The notes under the pieces were generated by a model. It searched no databases and had not been told where the DNA came from. It worked only from the letters and a program-made list of their open reading frames with translations. Below, in pieces: positions 1-8,363 of a stretch of DNA of 10,977 nucleotides (position 1 is the stretch's first letter; every line of letters starts with the position of its first letter). The DNA is from Octopus sinensis (taxonomy: Eukaryota): the NCBI RefSeq assembly GCF_006345805.1, contig NW_021827142.1, positions 1-10,977 on the forward strand, in the 5' to 3' direction. Position numbers and translations under genes: made by a program.

Positions 1-68
1 ATATATATCGTATATGTGTGTATGTAATCTATATATATATGTATATGTGTGTCATATAATGTATGTGT

Positions 69-101
<33 letters not shown>

Positions 102-198
102 AACAACACACATATATATTATATATATATATATATGTACATATGTATGTATATTTGCAAATGGATGCGTGGCGTCCAATTGAATAATAATATAAATG

Positions 199-240
<42 letters not shown>

Positions 241-255
241 ATGTATATGCATATA
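1..255. repeat. Compound (TA)n/(CA)n/(TG)n microsatellite tract
   Basis: Runs of atatat, acacac and gtgtgt seen directly; ORF 63..305 is a low-complexity read-through. Confidence 0.95.
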
Positions 256-735
256 TGTTTACAGGACGTCTCCAGCAATCTACATTACTGCTTTATGTTC
301 TCTAAAACTTGTATTGTCTTGCAAAGTCTGTCACTGTTGATCTCATGGTAAATTAAAAAAAAAGAAAGAAAGCGAAGCAAATATAATAATGGGAATGTTA
401 TTTTTATAATTGTTGTTTGCGTCTCAATCCACTTAGCCTTTCTTAAACCCGTGGGCTAATTATGTAATTAGCTAAATCGATCCAACTTACTGGTGTCCAA
501 CAAATATTTGAACTGGTGCCAATATATGAAGTACATCAAGTGCTTATTAAGGAGCCGGAGCCCGACAGAAATTAGATGCGTCGATGTATATATGATCGCC
601 TATGTGATCGCTTGTTATGCTAGAAATGACAATAAAATCTTTGTAAATTCGCTCGCTCTCTTTTATTTTCAAAAGGACAAACAGGAAACGTGCATTGAAT
701 AATGCGGTTCCAGACACAGTACGTCATTTATCGTG

Positions 736-960
736 TCTTAATTTCAGTTATTCGCCTGTGGCCATTCTGGGGCACCGCGTTGAAGGACTTTAGAGGAACG
801 AATCGACCCCAGAATTAATATTTTTAAAGCAGTTACTTATCCAATCGGTAGATTTGGCCGAACCGATTCGTTACGAAGACGTAAACAAACCAACACCAGC
901 TGTCAAGCGGTGGTGATGGAAAAACACAATCACAAAGACAAACACAGACTTATAAACACG
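736..960 (-). mobile_element. Family A SINE, diverged 3' half
   Basis: Aligns by eye to 7521-7720 (gccattctggggcaccgc, aatcgacccc, gccgaaccg, gtaaac, tgtcaagcggtggtg); runs into the microsatellite at 960-1128. Confidence 0.8.
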
Positions 961-1093
961 CGCTCACGCATACACACACTAATATATACCCATATGTATA
1001 TATACATGTATGCTTGTGTGTGTGTGTGCGTGTATGTATGTATATATATATATATATACACATACACCCTTTTATATATATGTGTATATATCT

Positions 1094-1127
<34 letters not shown>

Positions 1128-1128
1128 A
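960..1128. repeat. (CA)/(TG)/(TA) microsatellite
   Basis: Dinucleotide runs seen directly. Confidence 0.95.
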
Positions 1129-1258
1129 AACATTATGGTGAATTGAAGAAATGGATTTGCTTCTAAGGTATCGGTTAAACTTTTGATTAATCTACTACAA
1201 GATTATTCATCTTTCTATTTCACATAATATATATATATATATATATAAATATATATAT

Positions 1259-1632
1259 TCTTTTATCCTTTTCTTCTTTCAGCCATTTGACAGCGGCCAA
1301 ACTGGAGCACTGCCTTTAGTCGAACAAATCGACCCCAGGGCTCATTCTTTGTAAGCCTAGCACTTATTCCATCGGTCTCTTTTGCGGAATTGCTAGATTA
1401 CGGCCAGGTAAACACACCAATATTGGTTGTCAAGTGATGGCAGGTGACAAACACAGACACAAAATACACACACACATCTATATACGACGTCTACGCAATC
1501 GACTCACAAGGCTTTGGTCGGCCCGAGCCTCTAGTAGAAGACACTTACCCATGGTGCCATGCATTGCTACTGAACTCAGAACCATGTGGTTGGGAAGCAA
1601 GCTTCTTAACACACAGCCACGCATGCACCTAT
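1259..1632 (-). mobile_element. Family A SINE, near full length (short internal microsatellite, small internal deletion)
   Basis: Collinear with 7521-7906: tail, 3' half, CA tract, then gactcacaaggctttggtcggcccgag...gcttcttaacacacagccac (reverse-complemented tRNA-like head). Confidence 0.9.
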
Positions 1633-2090
1633 ACATAAAATGCGTGCAAACATACACACAGCATGCATACGCACATGTATGCGCACATATATACATACGC
1701 ACAATACATACACACATACGTACACACATGCATACATACATACATACATACATACATGCATGCATACATACACTCACATATATGCATGCATACATACACA
1801 CATACACGTGCATACATAAGTGCACACACACATGGATACATACACACACATGTATACATATATACACACACACATGGATATTTACATACACATGCATATA
1901 TTCATGCGTGCATATATATATATATGCATACATACATCCATGCATGCATACTCACACATGTATACATACATGCATGCATACATGCAATCATACATACATA
2001 CACAAATACATACATATATGCATGCTTTCATACATACACTCAAACATGTATGTATACAAACATACAATCAACATTTATAGTACATACATA
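1633..2090. repeat. Long degenerate (TACA)n/(CATG) microsatellite
   Basis: About 460 bp of tacatacata/tgcatg/cacaca; source of the many overlapping HT/YI/CM ORFs. Confidence 0.95.
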
Positions 2091-2245
2091 TACGACAAGT
2101 TTCTTTCAATTTCCGTCGATCAGATCCAGCCACAAGGCATTGGTTGACCTGGGGCTATAGTATAACTCACTTGCCCAAGGTTCCAAGGAGTAGGATTGAA
2201 CCCGTTTCCATGTGGTTTGGAAGCAAGCTTTTTACCAACCACAGA
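2088..2245 (-). mobile_element. Family A SINE, 5' half
   Basis: cgacaagtttctttcaatttccgtc...cacttgcccaagg...catgtggtttggaagcaagc is the reverse complement of the head and CORE-like part. Confidence 0.85.
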
Positions 2246-2261
2246 TTAAAAATTGCTTTTG

Positions 2262-2670
2262 ATATGTTTCCCAGCCACGTCACCCTGGGTTCAGTCCACT
2301 GCATGGAATCTCGGGCAAGTGTCTTCTATTATAACCTCGGGCGAACCAAAGCCTTGTGAGAGGATTGGTAGACGGAAACTGAAAGAAGCCATCATATATA
2401 TATATATATATATTTGTGCGTGTGTGTGTACGTAAGAGTGTGTGAGTGTGTGTGCGCGTACGTGTGCGTGTGTGTATTTGTGGTTGTCCCCCACCATCGT
2501 TTGACAACCGATTGTAGTGTGTTTACGTTCCCGTAACTTAGCGGTTCGACAAAAGTGCCTGACAGAATAAGTTCCTGTACTTTAAATAAGAAAAATAAGT
2601 GCTGGAGTCGATTCATTCGTCTAAAATTCTTCAAAGTTGTGCCCCAACATGGCCACAGTCTTAGAAACAT
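2262..2670 (+). mobile_element. Family A SINE, near full length, diverged
   Basis: gggttcagtccactgc...ggcaagtgtcttct...gacggaaactgaaagaagcc, then TA/TG tract, then 3' half gttgtcccccaccatcgtttgacaaccg...aacatggccacagtc. Confidence 0.9.
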
Positions 2671-2689
2671 ATTGTCCAAATTAGTCCTT

Positions 2690-2906
2690 AAGGCGGTAAG
2701 CTGGCAGAAATACTAAACAGCATTTCGTCCGTCTTTATATATTGTGTATTCAAATTCTACCGCGGTCAAGTTTGTCCTCATTCTTCCAGGGTCGATAAAA
2801 TAAGTACTGGTAGATAACTGGGGTCAGTGTAATGGACTACCTCTACGCACCACCGAAATCTCCGCAAGTACAATGAGAAAGTAAACTTGACTCTTTACTC
2901 TCTCAC
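2690..2906 (+). mobile_element. Family B SINE, diverged, plus 3' flank (duplicated at 3582-3749)
   Basis: aggcggtaagctggcagaa head; ttcaaattctaccgcggtc, gggtcgataaaataagtac and ctggggtc match 10058-10271. Confidence 0.8.
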
Positions 2907-2924
2907 TGAATTGCTAACTGTCAC

Positions 2925-3458
2925 AGGCGTAGGAGTGGCTGTGTGGTAAGAAGCTTGCTTACCAACCACATGGTTAAGGGTTCAGTCCCACTGCGTGACG
3001 TCTTAGGCAAGTGTCTTCTGCTATAGCCTCAGGCCGACCAAAGCCGTGTTAGTGGATTTGGTAGACGAAAACTGAAAGAAACCCGTCGTATATATATATA
3101 TATATATGCATGTGTGTGTGTGTGTGTGATTCATAAGGCTTCGGTCGGCCCGAGCCTATAGTAGAAGATACTTGCCCATGATGCCATGCTTGCGACTGAA
3201 CTCAGAACCATGTGGTTGGGAAACAAGCTTCTTACCACACAGCCACGCATGCGCCTATACATACACATGTATGTATATGTTTAACAACCGATGCTGATGT
3301 GTTTACGTCCCTGTAAATTAGCGGTTTGGCAAAACAGACCGATAGAATAAGTACTAGGCTTACAAAAATAATAGTTGGGATCGATTTGCTCGACTAAAGG
3401 CGGCGCTCCAGCATGGCTACAGTAAAATGACTGAAATAAGTAAAAGAGTAAAAGAGTA
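2925..3458 (+). mobile_element. Family A SINE, full length, hosting a nested inverted copy
   Basis: A-box-like gtggctgtgtgg, B-box-like ggttcagtcc, CORE-like ggcaagtgtcttct, microsatellite, 3' half 3282-3440, tail (gagtaaaa)n ending near 3458. Confidence 0.92.
3128..3258 (-). mobile_element. Family A 5' half nested in the internal microsatellite of the 2925-3458 copy
   Basis: Reverse-complement head and CORE segment flanked by (TG)n on the left and (TACA) on the right. Confidence 0.9.
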
Positions 3459-3459
3459 T

Positions 3460-3579
3460 CATCCGCACAAATGTAAAAGGATATATGGAGACATTAAACT
3501 AGACAACATTGTTGTGAAGCTCAAGAAGACAATATCGCCTGAGCTGAAGATTCCGATACTGTTGACATTAATTGATGTG
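3460..3579 (+). pseudogene. Degenerate protein kinase fragment (subdomains VIb-VII), Bub1-like spacing
   Basis: Translation HPHKCKRIYGDIKLDNIVVKLKKTISPELKIPILLTLIDV resembles the kinase pattern HxxxIxHGDIKPDN...LxLIDFG. H>Y (tat) and P>L (cta) are each one C>T change. Bounded by a SINE tail and a duplicated SINE fragment; DFG is not intact. Confidence 0.55.
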
Positions 3580-3581
3580 TC

Positions 3582-3749
3582 TATTGTGTATTCAAATTCT
3601 ACCGCGGTCAAGTTTGTCTCTCATTCTTCCAGGGTCGATAAAATAAGTACTGGTAGATAACTGGGGTCAGTGTAATGGACTACCTCTACGCCCCACCGAA
3701 ATTTCAGCAAGTACAATGCGAAAGTAAACTTGACTCTTTACTCTCTCAC
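3582..3749 (+). repeat. Near-identical duplicate of 2740-2906 (family B fragment plus flank)
   Basis: By-eye alignment: 4 substitutions and one 1-nt indel over about 168 nt. Confidence 0.95.
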
Positions 3750-3794
3750 AGTATTTCAGGCCAAAGTTGTGACTTATGAGTTTGAATGTATAAT

Positions 3795-4046
3795 GGCATT
3801 CCGTCGATTACGACGACGAGTATCCCAGCAGATCCGGTAACGTAATTCTCAGGGAGATTCAGCGTGACACAGAATGTGATAATACTGGCCCCTTTGAATT
3901 ACAGACACAGCTCATTTTTGCCAGCTGAGTGGAGTTGAGCAACGTCAAGTAAAGTGTCCTGCTAACGGACATAACGCGCCGCAGGGAATCGAACTTGCGC
4001 CCTTACGATCGTGTGACGATTACTCTAGACACTAACCCATGCGCCT
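3795..4046 (-). mobile_element. tRNA-derived SINE family C (CORE-like)
   Basis: Minus strand reads aggcgcatgggttagtgt (A-box-like), gttcgattcc (B box, 3985-3994), then gcgttatgtccgttagcaggacacttta, resembling the CORE motif GTGTCCTTGRGCAAGACACTT. Confidence 0.75.
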
Positions 4047-4187
4047 TTAATCTATTTATATAAAAGCTAACAAACACTGGTCTTATCTGACGGATCTGTT
4101 TGACCTCTTTCGAATGATACACCCGATCACTTTGGCGAATATAGGGATGTTTTGCATCCCAAGGAAAGAGGTATCTCACCTTCAAAT

Positions 4188-4365
4188 ACTCAAACATGTA
4201 TGTATACATACATATAAGCAACATGTATGCCTACATGCATATAAGACAAGTTTCTTTCAATTTTCGTCGATCAGATCCACCCATAAGGCATTGTTTGACC
4301 TGGGGCTATAGTATAAACACTTGCCCAAGATGCCAAGAACCCGACAGCATGTGGTTTGGTAGCAA
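4188..4365 (-). mobile_element. Family A 5' half with adjacent microsatellite flank; paralog of 2038-2230
   Basis: Shares actcaaacatgtatgtataca and gacaagtttctttcaattt...cgtcgatcagatcc...gacctggggctatagtataa with the 2038-2230 copy. Confidence 0.85.
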
Positions 4366-4474
4366 TTATGGAAACAATTTTTCTATAGCTTGCTGAAAAT
4401 TCTATCTGTAGACCAGTTACCAAATTTGGATGAATTATGTGAAGTAGAGTGTGTGTGCGGCGCGGAGATGGTAT

Positions 4475-4479
<5 letters not shown>

Positions 4480-4524
<45 letters not shown>

Positions 4525-4567
4525 GAGAGAGAGAGAGCGAAAGGGAGAAAGAGTGGAGTGAGAGAGA
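4480..4567. repeat. (GA)n microsatellite
   Basis: agagagag run seen directly. Confidence 0.97.
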
Positions 4568-4599
4568 TGGACTTAGGCTTGTCTAGTACTCAATAGAGA

Positions 4600-4720
4600 A
4601 GAGTGAACTAGAACAATGTGAAATAAATATCCTTGCTGAACGAAAGAATTTTACTCATTACAGCTACGCGAAATTGAGCAAGAAATTACCTTGCTCAAGA
4701 ACGCACGTCACTGACGTTTA
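4600..4720 (-). mobile_element. Probable decayed family C-like SINE fragments
   Basis: gaacaatgtgaaataaatatccttgct and cagct...ttgagcaagaaattaccttgctcaagaac loosely match 3920-3975. Confidence 0.4.
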
Positions 4721-5078
4721 GTCAAGAAAAGGGTTGCTGATTTGAACCGATACCACTTGGCATCATTGCCATCCGCAAGCGGTGGCTGTGATCAGAACGC
4801 AAAGGGCCATAACAGATACGGCATGGTATCTCACCCGAGAATCAGTTCCGTTAATCTACCCGGGAGAGCCATCAATAGAATCTTTTATAATTACCTAATA
4901 ATTGCAACATTGTCAGTTTGTCTTAAAAATTATTTATGAGAATTTTATTTTCTGAGATGGCATCTAATTAAGAGCTATCTTAGATGTTACTTGAGTCGAT
5001 TACCCTGTCTAAGTACCCAATTATAATGGAAAGAATAAAGAATCATTAGATGAAATTATAAAGAAAATTATGTGTATA

Positions 5079-5459
5079 TAATGAGTAAAACAGCTAGTTT
5101 TAAGTCTCTGAATGAGATCTAAGTAGAAACTATACTGCATAGTAAAATCTGTTTGCCAACCGAAAGTGGCAGTACAGCGAAGGATTTTGCTACTACATTT
5201 TAACCCCAGGAAAACATTTTTTTCAGCTGGTTATCGACACACGATCTGTGTCTGAAATATACCGTGAGCAAGGGAGCGTACTACTCCCTCCTAGCTACTA
5301 GCAGTAGCAACAGACCAATGGTTTCTGAGTAATTTCCTGTCCTCGGTGCTGGACAACTGCAGGCCAGAGACACCAGCTTATCCGATCCTACTAACAGCTT
5401 ATAAATATAGACGTGACAGGCAGTTACTTACCTCGTAATGAGTAAAACAGCTAGTTTTA
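5079..5459. repeat. Perfect 24-bp direct repeats (5079-5102, 5436-5459) bracketing 333 bp
   Basis: taatgagtaaaacagctagtttta occurs identically at both positions. Confidence 0.9.
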
Positions 5460-5475
5460 TATATATATATATATA

Positions 5476-5636
5476 AAGTGGCTGTGTGGTAAGTAGCTTG
5501 CTTCCGAACCTCATGGTTCCGGGTTCAGTCCCACTGCGTGGCACCTTGGGCAATTGTCTTCTATAGCTTCTAGACGACTAAAGCCTTGTGAGTGGATTTG
5601 CTAGACGGAAACTGAAAGAAGCCCGTCGTATATATG

Positions 5637-5712
<76 letters not shown>

Positions 5713-5730
5713 CGCGTCTATGTGTGCTTG
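5476..5730 (+). mobile_element. Family A SINE, 5' half plus (TG)n tract
   Basis: gtggctgtgtggtaagtagcttgc...gggttcagtcccactgcgtggcaccttgggcaa...gaaagaagcccgtcgtata followed by long (TG)n; no 3' half follows. Confidence 0.92.
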
Positions 5731-5839
5731 TGTAGTTAGTGAAACAATTACAAAGTAGCATGATTTCAGAAAAATATAAGGCTGAATAAATATTAAGCCC
5801 ATGCTAATAGGAGAAAATCGACGACTGCGACCAGGAAAG

Positions 5840-5937
5840 CAACGATGTTACTGCTACCGCTTCTACTGCTGCTGTTACAGATGATGTTGATGTTGTAGTT
5901 GTTGTTGATGATGATAACGATGGCGATGACGGTGATA
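5840..5937. repeat. Degenerate trinucleotide tract (CTG/GTT/GAT)
   Basis: ctactgctgctg, gttgttgtt and gatgatgat seen directly. Confidence 0.8.
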
Positions 5938-6157
5938 CGTTTCATTATCGGAATTTATAACTCAGATAACATTAAATCAAAAGTGTCATCCGTGTAGCAT
6001 ACTAAATGTATACACTCCGTTACAAGGTACGATGCTGTGGAATTGTTTGAGATAAGATCCCTTCGTAGACTTGTGCTAAACTCTTTGCATGAACACCACC
6101 CTGTACATAACTCCATGTCCCCCTACATGGCCTTGCTTTTTGCTTTTTTAGCCAAAA

Positions 6158-6203
6158 AACTAACTTAACTTAACTTAACTAAAAGGCACAATACATATAT
6201 ATA

Positions 6204-6270
<67 letters not shown>

Positions 6271-6362
6271 TGTGTATGCATATATACATATATATTTGTG
6301 TGTGTATATACATACATATATATATATATTTCTCTGTGTGTATATATATATATATATATATG
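6158..6362. repeat. (TAACT)4 pentanucleotide followed by a TA/TG microsatellite
   Basis: taact x4 at 6161-6180; dinucleotide runs at 6195-6362. Confidence 0.9.
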
Positions 6363-6397
6363 GGAAGGAAAAGAAGATCGTCACAGTACTGACTCAC

Positions 6398-6474
6398 AAC
6401 AACGACAGACGGTTCGTTTTCGTTGAGCCTTGTCAATGCCATGCATTCACTTCTCACATGCTTAAACGAAATTC
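6398..6474 (-). CDS. Candidate internal coding exon, 77 nt: (G)ISFKHVRSECMALTRLNENEPSVVV, product unknown
   Basis: Acceptor tatatcacag|GA, consensus-matching donor GTT|gtgagt, open frame, phase 1 in and phase 0 out; phase matches the 6615-6669 exon. No homology recognised. Confidence 0.45.
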
Positions 6475-6614
6475 CTGTGATATATAGAATCAGCGAATAA
6501 ACCATTCATTGATATTGCTGAAGGTTGCCGAACATAGGGAAAAAATCAGTATACGCAACTTGAAACAGCAATAATTTAAACTCGCCGTATGTGTGCTATA
6601 CTAAGTATATAAAC

Positions 6615-6669
6615 CTTGTGAGAAGGCTTGAAGCTGTTCAACTGTGAGTGATATCTCTTCATTGACTTT
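6615..6669 (-). CDS. Candidate internal coding exon, 55 nt: KVNEEISLTVEQLQAFSQ(G), product unknown
   Basis: Acceptor gcgtttttaacacag|AAA, donor CAAG|gtttat (moderate), open frame ending in phase 1; a 140-nt intron separates it from the next candidate exon. Confidence 0.4.
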
Positions 6670-6683
6670 CTGTGTTAAAAACG

Positions 6684-6720
<37 letters not shown>

Positions 6721-7194
6721 GAAGACGACCATCATTGCTGCAGTGGCTCTTGAGATCGGTAGATGCATTTCACCTTTTTTGAGGCTCGTCAATATCTTGC
6801 GCACGACTGTCGCTTGCTTAAAAGAACGTGACAGTTGTTGTCGCGAGACACTGTAGCGACATTTCTCTTCGATATGTATTCGATTAATAATACAAGCCTA
6901 TGAAAATATTTTGTTTCAGACAATTCACTGACCATCATGCCTTGTAACGGTGTTATGTTTTTATTGTCAAACACAGATGGCGGCCTTTCATCATAACGAA
7001 TCATCTGCCATTCTTAGTAATCAGCATTCTGTTGTTCGTTCAAATGGACTAACTATTAATTAAACGCTTAAGTGGCTGCGTATTCCACAGGCCGATTCAG
7101 CATAATGCAACACGTGGCAAACCTGGATCATTGATTTATAGTTCAAACCCATACTTCTGTGAATCCAATTGCACTTGAGTTAACTTGATTCTAT

Positions 7195-7290
7195 GGTTTA
7201 AGATACTTGCTCAAAATACCATGCAGTAGGATCGATCCCAGCTCCTCGTGAATTCGAAACAAAATTTTATCTACTCTCACTCTACATTCA
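7195..7290 (-). mobile_element. Highly decayed SINE head fragment
   Basis: aagatacttgctcaaaataccatgcagtaggatcgatccc resembles aagacacttgcccaaggtgccacgcagtgggactgaaccc of family A. Confidence 0.45.
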
Positions 7291-7496
7291 GTGCTAGATT
7301 TAAATAGAAACTAAAGAATGTAGACATTAACGTCACGAAATCAATAAAATGCCCTGAATGTATGACAAGACATAGTCTTTACTAAAATCGTGAGTGCGTC
7401 AAACAAAACGCTTGGCGACATTTCTTGCTGCTTTTCTTGATCTAGGTTCTTTCCTATAATCGATTGTCAATTTTTTTTTATTTACTAAAAGTTAGT

Positions 7497-8028
7497 GAGT
7501 GGCCGTGTGTTAAGAAGCTTACTCTTTTACTTGTTTCAGTCATTTGACTGCGGCTATGCTGGAGCACCACCTTTAATCGAGCAACTCGACCCTGGGACTT
7601 ATTCTTTTGTAAGCCCAGTACTTATTCTATCGGTCTTTTTTGCCCAACCGCTAAGTGACGGGGACATAAACACACCAGTATCGGTTGTCAAGCAATGCTA
7701 GGGGGACAAACACAGACACACAAACACACACGCACATATATATATATATACGACGGGCTTCTTTCAGTTTCCGTCTACCATATCCACTCACAAGGCTTTG
7801 GTCGGCCCGAGGCTATAGTAGAAGACAGTTACCCAAGGTGCCACGCAGTGGGACTGAACCCGGAACCATGTGGTTGGTAAGCAAGCTACTTACCACACAG
7901 CCACTCCGGGTTCAGTCCCACTACGTAGCACCTTGGGTTAGTGTTTTCTAATATAGCTTCGAGCCGACCAAAGATTTTTGGTACACGGAGTGGATTTGGT
8001 ACACGGAAACTGAACGAAGCCCGTAGTA
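7497..8028 (+). mobile_element. Family A host copy, 5' half split by an inverted insertion (7497-7520 and 7907-8028)
   Basis: gagtggccgtgtgttaagaagctt at 7497-7520 resumes as cgggttcagtcccactacgtagcacc at 7907; about 20 nt of consensus is missing. Confidence 0.8.
7521..7906 (-). mobile_element. Family A SINE, full length, least-diverged copy in the window
   Basis: Complete head (gagtggctgtgtggtaagtagc), B-box-like ggttcagtcc, CORE-like segment, short CA/TA tract, 3' half and gtaaaagagt tail; used as the local reference. Confidence 0.95.
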
Positions 8029-8321
8029 TATATATATATATATGTATGTACACACACACACACACACACATATATATATGTATGTACACATATATGTATA
8101 TATATATATATATGTATATATATGTATATATATATGTATGAATTTATATATGTATTTATATATGTGTATATATATGTATGTATATATATGGATGTATATA
8201 TGTATATATATATTTGTGTGTGTGTACATATATGTGCATATATATATATATATTTATATATATATATATGTATGTAATATATATATGTGTGAATATATCT
8301 GTAATTATATATATATATATG

Positions 8322-8363
<42 letters not shown>

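Noticed and set aside
63-2160. Many long ORFs (e.g. 1434..2147, 237 aa; 1663..2160) rich in H/T/Y/I/C/M
   Set aside because: They are translations of (CA)/(TA)/(TACA) microsatellites and SINE sequence, open on both strands, with no protein signal. The same applies to the ORFs at 5570-6487, 7886-9018 and 9228-10082.
2925-3000. tRNA-like A/B boxes in SINE heads
   Set aside because: No cloverleaf or anticodon arm can be built; these are SINE promoters, not tRNA genes.
3544-3570. CTGAAGA hammerhead core-like heptamer (also ctgaatga...gaaac near 5108-5130)
   Set aside because: The first has no stem II or GAAA downstream; the second has an extra core base and no stem II.
4663-4730. Acceptor-like cattacag followed by LREIEQEITLLKNARH*RLVK, resembling kinase subdomain III (EIxLLKxLxH)
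   Set aside because: The nucleotides loosely match the family C SINE at 3920-3975, there is an in-frame stop, and the position downstream of the VIb-VII fragment is not collinear with a kinase gene.
5227-5263. Plus-strand 37-nt microexon candidate (ttttttcag|ctgg...tacc|gtgagc)
   Set aside because: The splice-like motifs are good but there is no partner exon or homology; such pairs arise by chance in AT-rich DNA.
5960-6150. Minus-strand peptide ...HLVCYTDDTFDL resembling the Penelope RT motif RYVDDTF
   Set aside because: It is a single short motif, the upstream motif is unconvincing (AM*G with stop and wrong spacing), and it is not kept in the paralog at 6880-7007.
6158-6182. (TAACT)4 as a telomere-like or branch-point array
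   Set aside because: It is not TTAGGG, there are only four units, and the branch-point-like reading is on the strand opposite the candidate exons.
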